Origin: Mycobacterium tuberculosis H37Rv
GTDB taxonomy: Bacteria > Actinomycetota > Actinomycetes > Mycobacteriales > Mycobacteriaceae
Length of the DNA stretch: 32,000 bases
Assembly: GCF_000195955.2 (NCBI RefSeq)
Contig: NC_000962.3
Span: 1,470,001 to 1,502,000, forward strand
Reading direction: 5' to 3'
Both the position numbers and the translations under genes were made by a program. The notes beneath the pieces were generated by a model. That model did no database searches, was not told the origin of the DNA, and saw nothing but the letters and a program-made list of their open reading frames with translations. Position 1 is the stretch's first letter. Each line of letters begins with the position of its first letter. Of this stretch, positions 12,511-18,153 are shown piece by piece.

Positions 12511-12516
12511 AGCCTA
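12511..12516 (-). promoter_or_regulatory. candidate -10 hexamer (TAGGCT) for the second cyclase, containing the TAG stop of the third cyclase
   Basis: Minus strand reads TAGGCT gacgccacc ATG (ATG at 12501). The first three bases (12516-12514) are the stop codon of ORF 12514-14217. Confidence 0.4.
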
Positions 12517-14217
12517 ATCTGTCGGATGCGCCCCACGGTAAATCGTGTGGGTCTGGTGATCGCCCAGTGCACCGCCGACTATGTCGGCCGACTGAGCAGG
12601 CATCTGCAGCTGTTGAACTGGCGACGTCAGCCGGATGGGCTGGTCGTGCCCGCGAAGTGTCACGGTCTCGCCTAAAGACCAACGGGCACATTCGTTTTCA
12701 CTGGCACCGCGCAACGTTTGCGACGACGCCAACAATCGGCTCGGGTATGATTTTGCCAGTTCGCACAGTCGTGCAGCCTCGTTGACCGGTTCGCCGATCA
12801 CGGTGTATTCGAACCGTTCGTGGGCGCCGACATTGCCGGCGACAACCTGACCTGCCGCTACCCCGATGCCGGCTTGGCACTCCGGCATTTCGCTGGCTAG
12901 CCGGTCGGCGATGGCTCGTGCGGTGGCCAGCGCGGCATCTTCGGGATGGCTCAGGCGGTTGGGGGCCCCGAAGACTGCCAGCGAGGCGTCTCCCTGAAAC
13001 TTGTTGACAAGTCCACGGTGATGGTTCACTTCATCGACGATTACCGTGAAGAACCGGTTGAGTAGCATCACGACCTCTGCCGCAGGCCGGCTGGTGACCA
13101 ATTGAGTTGAACCGACGATGTCGACGAAGACGACGGCGACATGGCGCTCTTCGCCGCCCAGTTTTGGTCGCTCGCGTTCGGCTGCTGCGGCGACCTCGCG
13201 ACCGACGTGGCGGCCGAAGAGATCGCGTACGCGTTCGCGCTCGCGCAGGCCCTCGACCATTCTGTTGAAACCACGCTGTAGCTCACCGAGTTCGGTCCCG
13301 TCGAATACGACCAGATCGCCGCTTAGATCGCCCTGCTCTACGCGGTTGAGCGCCTCGCGGACCACGCGCACAGGCGTGGCCGTCAGCCAAGCGAGAATCC
13401 ACATCAGGATGAATCCGAAGATCAACAGTGGTGCCCACAGGATCAGCACTGTGATCATGAATTGATCATTGGAGAGTTCCCAAAACGTATCGTCGAAGAT
13501 GGCGGTGAGGGCGACACCGACATTGGGTACGCCTGAACAGAGCAGCCACACCAGCATGGTTCGGCCCACGATGCCTCGCACCAGCGATCGTGGTGTTGCT
13601 CCCACTTCGAGCGCCTGGGCGGCCATCGGGCGAAGCGCAAACTCGGTTAACAGATAGCAGCTGGTGGCTGCGACAACGCCGATGACGCCCATCGAAAACA
13701 GGAACCGCGGGATAAACAACCGGTTGGCCAGGCCGTAGATTATCGTCCACAACGCTGCGGCGGCGCCCCACAGGAAAAGAACTGCCAACGCCACTCGCAG
13801 TGGGACTAGGAAAGCGCTGCGCGCCTCATCATGGCTGGGGGTGCGTTCCTCGATTGCCCACCGCAACGCTCGAGCCGTTTGCCTGGTGAGCCAGTAGGTG
13901 CCCAGTATGAAGGCGAGCACGCAGTATCCCGGAACGATCCCGAACGACACCCAATGCGGGGCGTCCAAAATCACGCTTGGTTTCGGAAAGGCGACCGTCA
14001 GTAGCATGGCACCGACAATGAGCCCGATCACGTTCGTGACCAAAATGGCGACGGTCAGCATGCCCTGGATACGTACCCGCCGCATCCGTGGGCTCTCCGA
14101 CACGCGCCCAAGCAGCCATGAGCCGTATGCGGGCGTCTCTGGCCGTCGTCCAGTGCGCGGGCTGAGAGTCTCGACGGCCCCTGGCAAGTGTCGAGTGGTG
14201 GCCTTCTCGGATGGCAT
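12514..14217 (-). CDS. membrane-anchored class III adenylyl cyclase, 6TM-HAMP-CHD with a unique ~33-aa C-terminal tail (567 aa; Rv1320c-like)
   Basis: Same architecture and motifs (VVFVDIVGSTQL, FQGDASLAVFGAP, EYTVIGEPVNEAARL). It extends past the point where its two paralogues stop (RLxxP) with QQLQMPAQSADIVGGALGDHQTHTIYRGAHPTD. Confidence 0.92.
   Translation of the reverse strand: MPSEKATTRHLPGAVETLSPRTGRRPETPAYGSWLLGRVSESPRMRRVRIQGMLTVAILVTNVIGLIVGAMLLTVAFPKPSVILDAPHWVSFGIVPGYCVLAFILGTYWLTRQTARALRWAIEERTPSHDEARSAFLVPLRVALAVLFLWGAAAALWTIIYGLANRLFIPRFLFSMGVIGVVAATSCYLLTEFALRPMAAQALEVGATPRSLVRGIVGRTMLVWLLCSGVPNVGVALTAIFDDTFWELSNDQFMITVLILWAPLLIFGFILMWILAWLTATPVRVVREALNRVEQGDLSGDLVVFDGTELGELQRGFNRMVEGLRERERVRDLFGRHVGREVAAAAERERPKLGGEERHVAVVFVDIVGSTQLVTSRPAAEVVMLLNRFFTVIVDEVNHHRGLVNKFQGDASLAVFGAPNRLSHPEDAALATARAIADRLASEMPECQAGIGVAAGQVVAGNVGAHERFEYTVIGEPVNEAARLCELAKSYPSRLLASSQTLRGASENECARWSLGETVTLRGHDQPIRLTSPVQQLQMPAQSADIVGGALGDHQTHTIYRGAHPTD
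12547..12607 (+). pseudogene. relic of the nucS 5' coding end (about codons 4-24), antisense inside the 3' end of the third cyclase gene
   Basis: Ungapped alignment of 12547-12607 to 14288-14348 gives 49/61 identities by my count. It translates VGLVIAQCTADYVGRLSRHL versus Nuc[21 protein letters not shown]. It is preceded by the same GGTG(G/A)CGTCAGC..TGTCGG block that precedes nucS. After 12607 there is a 12-nt deletion relative to nucS, homology decays, and the frame stops at 12673-12675. Confidence 0.7.
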
Positions 14218-14226
14218 GGTGACGTC

Positions 14227-14232
14227 AGCGTA
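14227..14232 (-). promoter_or_regulatory. candidate -10 hexamer (TACGCT) 9 nt upstream of the third cyclase ATG
   Basis: Minus strand reads TACGCT gacgtcacc ATG (ATG at 14217). Confidence 0.4.
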
Positions 14233-14244
14233 GTGTGTCGGTCA

Positions 14245-14279
14245 CGCTCTAAGGAACAACGTCGTTGCGCGCTCTAAGG
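14245..14279. promoter_or_regulatory. 10-nt direct repeat CGCTCTAAGG x2 (period 25) flanking the small palindrome CAACG-t-CGTTG in the cyclase/nucS divergent region
   Basis: CGCTCTAAGG occurs at 14245-14254 and 14270-14279, with CAACGTCGTTG between them (14257-14267). The second repeat overlaps the nucS -10/start region. Confidence 0.45.
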
Positions 14280-14280
14280 T
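14275..14280 (+). promoter_or_regulatory. candidate -10 hexamer (TAAGGT) placing a leaderless start at GTG 14288
   Basis: TAAGGT gagtcgg GTG: a TANNNT hexamer, 7-nt spacer, then GTG at 14288. Confidence 0.4.
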
Positions 14281-14959
14281 GAGTCGGGTGCGTCTAGTCA
14301 TCGCCCAGTGCACTGTCGACTACATCGGCCGGCTCACCGCGCATCTGCCGTCCGCGCGCCGGCTGTTGCTGTTCAAGGCCGACGGATCGGTCAGCGTACA
14401 TGCTGACGACCGCGCCTACAAGCCGTTGAACTGGATGAGTCCGCCGTGCTGGTTGACCGAAGAGTCCGGCGGCCAGGCGCCAGTGTGGGTGGTCGAGAAC
14501 AAGGCCGGCGAGCAGCTGCGCATCACTATCGAAGGAATCGAGCACGACAGTAGCCACGAGCTGGGCGTGGACCCCGGGCTGGTCAAGGACGGCGTCGAGG
14601 CCCACTTGCAGGCGTTGCTCGCCGAGCACATCCAATTGCTGGGCGAAGGGTACACGCTGGTCCGCCGCGAGTACATGACCGCGATCGGACCCGTCGACCT
14701 GCTGTGCAGCGACGAACGAGGTGGCTCGGTCGCGGTGGAAATCAAGCGGCGTGGCGAGATCGACGGCGTGGAGCAGCTGACCCGCTACCTCGAGTTGCTC
14801 AACCGCGACAGTGTGCTCGCGCCGGTCAAGGGGGTGTTTGCCGCTCAACAGATCAAGCCGCAGGCTCGGATTCTGGCCACCGACCGCGGGATCCGTTGTT
14901 TGACATTGGATTACGACACAATGCGCGGGATGGATAGCGGCGAGTACCGGCTGTTCTGA
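14279..14959 (+). CDS. nucS: endonuclease NucS/EndoMS, mismatch-specific nuclease (226 aa from GTG 14279; 223 aa if GTG 14288 is used)
   Basis: N-terminal [15 protein letters not shown] domain. C-terminal RecB-like nuclease motif [23 protein letters not shown] (D...ExK). The C-terminal YRLF resembles a clamp-binding tail. Confidence 0.93.
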   Translation: MSRVRLVIAQCTVDYIGRLTAHLPSARRLLLFKADGSVSVHADDRAYKPLNWMSPPCWLTEESGGQAPVWVVENKAGEQLRITIEGIEHDSSHELGVDPGLVKDGVEAHLQALLAEHIQLLGEGYTLVRREYMTAIGPVDLLCSDERGGSVAVEIKRRGEIDGVEQLTRYLELLNRDSVLAPVKGVFAAQQIKPQARILATDRGIRCLTLDYDTMRGMDSGEYRLF

Positions 14960-14969
14960 GTTGCGCGAT

Positions 14970-14975
14970 TAAACT
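14970..14975 (+). promoter_or_regulatory. candidate -10 hexamer (TAAACT) with leaderless geometry for the small Cys/His protein gene
   Basis: TAAACT gatgcg ATG: a TANNNT hexamer, 6-nt spacer, then ATG at 14982. It lies 11 nt after the nucS stop (14957-14959). Confidence 0.4.
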
Positions 14976-14981
14976 GATGCG

Positions 14982-15278
14982 ATGGCTCGGCGCCGCAAAC
15001 CGCTGCACCGGCAGCGGCCGGAACCGCCGTCGTGGGCCCTGCGCCGAGTGGAAGCGGGGCCCGATGGCCACGAGTATGAAGTACGACCGGTCGCTGCGGC
15101 CCGCGCCGTCAAGACCTATCGCTGTCCGGGGTGTGATCACGAAATCCGTTCCGGTACTGCACATGTGGTAGTGTGGCCGACTGACTTGCCGCAAGCCGGC
15201 GTCGATGACCGGCGTCACTGGCACACCCCGTGCTGGGCGAACCGAGCAACCCGCGGTCCGACTCGAAAATGGACCTAG
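14982..15278 (+). CDS. small basic conserved hypothetical protein with a CPGC...HWHTPC putative zinc site (98 aa; Rv1322-like)
   Basis: ORF 14982-15278. Cys48, Cys51, His79/His81 and Cys84 (YRCPGCDHEI ... RRHWHTPCW). Both termini are Arg/Lys-rich. No catalytic motif recognised. Confidence 0.75.
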   Translation: MARRRKPLHRQRPEPPSWALRRVEAGPDGHEYEVRPVAAARAVKTYRCPGCDHEIRSGTAHVVVWPTDLPQAGVDDRRHWHTPCWANRATRGPTRKWT

Positions 15279-15312
15279 GCTTTTGGCGGCTGGTGCGCCC
15301 TGCTGGTGCGCC

Positions 15313-15768
15313 TTAGGGGGCCGGCTCCACCAACTCGATCAGAACCCCGCCGGCGTCTTTCGGGTGGATGAAGTTGATCCGTGAGTTCGCGGTGCCACGC
15401 CTGGCCGTCTCGTAGACCAGCCGGACGCCCTGGGAGCGCAGCCGCCGACACATGGCGTCAAGATCGCTGACCCGGCACGCCAGCTGTTGGATGCCTGGCC
15501 CGCGCTTGTCCAGGAACTTCGCTATCACCGAGGATTCGTCGAGCGGGGCCATCAACTGGATTTGCGCCGCGGAGCCCGGCACCGCCAGCAGTGCCTCGCG
15601 GATGCCCTGATCGTCGTTGATTTCCTCGTGGACCAGGATCATGCCAAGGTGGTCGTGATACCACTCGATGGCAACGTCCAGGTCGGCGACCGCAATACCG
15701 ACGTGATCGAGTCCAGTTACCAACGAGGTAGCCAGCATGTGACGGGCGTGGACTTGATCGGTCGTCAT
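15313..15768 (-). CDS. VOC/glyoxalase-fold protein, methylmalonyl-CoA epimerase-like (151 aa; Rv1322A-like)
   Basis: MTTDQVHARHMLATSLVTGLDHVGIAVADLDVAIEWYHDHLGM...GVLIELVEP, the typical epimerase/glyoxalase beta-alpha-beta-beta-beta module. The start is supported by TACCGT tgtgtg ATG geometry. The 362-aa track ORF is an artefactual extension antisense to fadA4. Confidence 0.85.
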   Translation of the reverse strand: MTTDQVHARHMLATSLVTGLDHVGIAVADLDVAIEWYHDHLGMILVHEEINDDQGIREALLAVPGSAAQIQLMAPLDESSVIAKFLDKRGPGIQQLACRVSDLDAMCRRLRSQGVRLVYETARRGTANSRINFIHPKDAGGVLIELVEPAP

Positions 15769-15774
15769 CACACA

Positions 15775-15780
15775 ACGGTA
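15775..15780 (-). promoter_or_regulatory. candidate -10 hexamer (TACCGT) with leaderless geometry for the epimerase-like gene
   Basis: Minus strand reads TACCGT tgtgtg ATG (ATG at 15768-15766), a 6-nt spacer. Confidence 0.4.
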
Positions 15781-15861
15781 ACCTGAAGGGAAAGAATCTG
15801 CTTCTCCGGGTCGGTCAGATCGGCTTTCGGGTGCGCTGAGGAGGTAGTCATAACGACATCG

Positions 15862-17031
15862 GTGATTGTTGCTGGCGCGCGTACACCCATCGGCAAGTTG
15901 ATGGGCTCCCTGAAGGATTTCAGCGCCAGCGAGCTGGGTGCCATCGCCATTAAGGGCGCCCTGGAGAAGGCCAACGTGCCGGCGTCCTTGGTCGAGTACG
16001 TGATCATGGGCCAGGTGTTGACCGCGGGTGCCGGGCAAATGCCCGCACGGCAGGCGGCAGTGGCGGCCGGCATCGGTTGGGATGTCCCTGCGCTGACGAT
16101 CAACAAGATGTGCCTGTCCGGCATCGACGCAATCGCGCTGGCTGATCAACTCATTCGGGCCAGAGAGTTCGACGTGGTGGTGGCCGGCGGTCAGGAGTCG
16201 ATGACGAAGGCGCCCCACCTGTTGATGAATAGCCGGTCGGGTTACAAGTACGGCGACGTTACGGTTTTGGACCACATGGCCTACGACGGTCTGCACGACG
16301 TGTTCACCGATCAGCCGATGGGCGCGCTCACCGAGCAACGCAACGACGTCGACATGTTCACCCGCTCCGAACAGGACGAGTACGCGGCTGCGTCCCACCA
16401 AAAGGCGGCCGCGGCATGGAAGGACGGCGTATTCGCCGACGAGGTGATCCCGGTGAACATCCCGCAGCGCACGGGCGATCCACTGCAGTTCACCGAGGAC
16501 GAGGGGATCCGCGCCAACACCACCGCCGCCGCGCTGGCCGGTCTGAAGCCGGCGTTCCGTGGCGACGGCACCATCACCGCCGGGTCGGCGTCACAGATCT
16601 CCGACGGTGCGGCCGCGGTGGTGGTCATGAACCAGGAAAAGGCCCAGGAACTGGGGCTGACCTGGCTAGCCGAGATCGGCGCCCACGGTGTGGTGGCCGG
16701 GCCGGATTCCACACTGCAATCGCAGCCGGCCAACGCGATCAACAAGGCGCTGGATCGCGAGGGCATCTCGGTGGACCAGCTCGACGTGGTGGAGATCAAC
16801 GAGGCGTTCGCTGCGGTGGCATTGGCCTCGATACGCGAACTCGGGCTGAACCCCCAGATCGTCAACGTCAACGGTGGTGCGATTGCCGTCGGGCATCCCC
16901 TCGGCATGTCAGGGACGCGAATCACGCTACATGCGGCGCTGCAGTTGGCACGCCGGGGATCGGGCGTCGGGGTTGCCGCATTGTGCGGGGCTGGCGGGCA
17001 GGGCGACGCACTGATATTGCGGGCCGGATAG
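15862..17031 (+). CDS. fadA4: acetyl-CoA acetyltransferase (thiolase II), 389 aa
   Basis: Thiolase motifs [10 protein letters not shown] (nucleophilic Cys), [34 protein letters not shown] 15862 is the first canonical start, but see the finding on SD spacing. Confidence 0.93.
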
Positions 17032-17160
17032 CGGTTGAGGGGTCGGTGGCGGCCAGTGTGATCTTGGTCATACCAACCGATCGCGGTATGTCGGCTCCTG
17101 CCGCAGGGTCGGCGCCACCGGGTGGATCGATGACCGCAGCGGCATGACAGACTTGACGGC

Positions 17161-18075
17161 GTGACGCGTCCGCGACCCCCGCTCGGGCCGGCCATGGCCG
17201 GTGCTGTTGACCTCTCCGGCATCAAACAACGTGCCCAGCAAAACGCTGCGGCGAGCACGGATGCCGACCGGGCACTGTCGACGCCGTCCGGTGTGACCGA
17301 GATCACCGAGGCGAACTTCGAGGACGAGGTGATCGTCCGGTCCGACGAAGTGCCGGTGGTGGTGTTGCTGTGGTCACCCCGCAGCGAGGTATGCGTCGAC
17401 TTGCTTGACACGCTGTCCGGCTTGGCCGCTGCCGCTAAGGGCAAGTGGTCGCTGGCGTCGGTTAACGTTGACGTCGCACCCAGGGTGGCACAGATATTCG
17501 GCGTCCAAGCGGTTCCGACCGTGGTGGCCTTGGCTGCGGGACAGCCGATCTCGAGCTTCCAGGGCCTCCAGCCCGCGGACCAACTGAGTCGCTGGGTGGA
17601 TTCCCTGTTGTCTGCGACAGCCGGAAAGCTCAAGGGCGCAGCGAGTTCCGAGGAGTCCACCGAAGTCGATCCAGCGGTGGCACAGGCGCGCCAGCAGCTC
17701 GAGGATGGCGACTTTGTTGCCGCGCGCAAGTCATATCAGGCGATTTTGGATGCCAACCCAGGAAGCGTCGAAGCCAAGGCGGCCATCCGCCAGATCGAAT
17801 TCCTCATCCGCGCAACCGCACAACGGCCCGACGCCGTCTCGGTCGCCGACAGCTTGTCGGATGACATCGACGCCGCGTTTGCGGCAGCCGACGTGCAAGT
17901 CCTCAACCAGGATGTGAGTGCGGCCTTCGAGCGCCTGATCGCGTTGGTGCGTCGGACATCTGGAGAAGAGCGCACCCGGGTGCGCACCCGGCTGATCGAG
18001 CTGTTCGAGCTGTTCGACCCCGCCGATCCCGAGGTCGTGGCCGGTCGGCGCAACCTCGCCAACGCGCTGTACTGA
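17161..18075 (+). CDS. thioredoxin-fold protein with SxxC motif plus a helical (TPR-like) C-terminal domain, YbbN/CnoX-like (304 aa; Rv1324-like)
   Basis: VVVLLWSPRSEVCVDLLDTLSGLAAA aligns in my memory with E. coli YbbN [22 protein letters not shown], so the CxxC is replaced by SxxC. The C-terminal half is Ala/Leu-rich and helical. Confidence 0.85.
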   Translation: MTRPRPPLGPAMAGAVDLSGIKQRAQQNAAASTDADRALSTPSGVTEITEANFEDEVIVRSDEVPVVVLLWSPRSEVCVDLLDTLSGLAAAAKGKWSLASVNVDVAPRVAQIFGVQAVPTVVALAAGQPISSFQGLQPADQLSRWVDSLLSATAGKLKGAASSEESTEVDPAVAQARQQLEDGDFVAARKSYQAILDANPGSVEAKAAIRQIEFLIRATAQRPDAVSVADSLSDDIDAAFAAADVQVLNQDVSAAFERLIALVRRTSGEERTRVRTRLIELFELFDPADPEVVAGRRNLANALY

Positions 18076-18084
18076 GGCCGGCTG

Positions 18085-18144
18085 GCGAGCAGACGCAGAA
18101 TCGCCTAAACCCGCACGGGTTTAGGCGATTCTGCGTCTGCTCGC
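18085..18144. terminator. 60-nt perfect palindromic hairpin (28-bp stem, 4-nt loop) between convergent genes; member of a GC-rich repeat family
   Basis: GCGAGCAGACGCAGAATCGCCTAAACCC gcac GGGTTTAGGCGATTCTGCGTCTGCTCGC. There is no U-tract on either side. The arms are related to the hairpin at 27161-27220. Confidence 0.7.
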
Positions 18145-18153
18145 GCTGGGCGG

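Noticed and set aside
12475-12675. A 66-aa plus-strand ORF (MRHGLFRR...VGLVIAQCTADYVGRLSRHL...) as a possible small NucS-like gene.
   Set aside because: It covers only about 20 residues of the NucS N-terminal strand and then loses homology after a 12-nt deletion. It lacks the -10 hexamer of the functional copy (TAAATC instead of TAAGGT) and lies entirely antisense to the cyclase 3' end. I interpret it as a duplication relic, reported as such.
15289-15312. Tandem 11-mer GCTGGTGCGCC x2 (15289-15299 and 15302-15312) in the 34-nt gap between the convergent small Cys/His gene and the epimerase-like gene.
   Set aside because: It has only two copies, no dyad symmetry and no hairpin potential that I can see. 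It is most simply a small slippage duplication. It is noted, but there is no functional argument.
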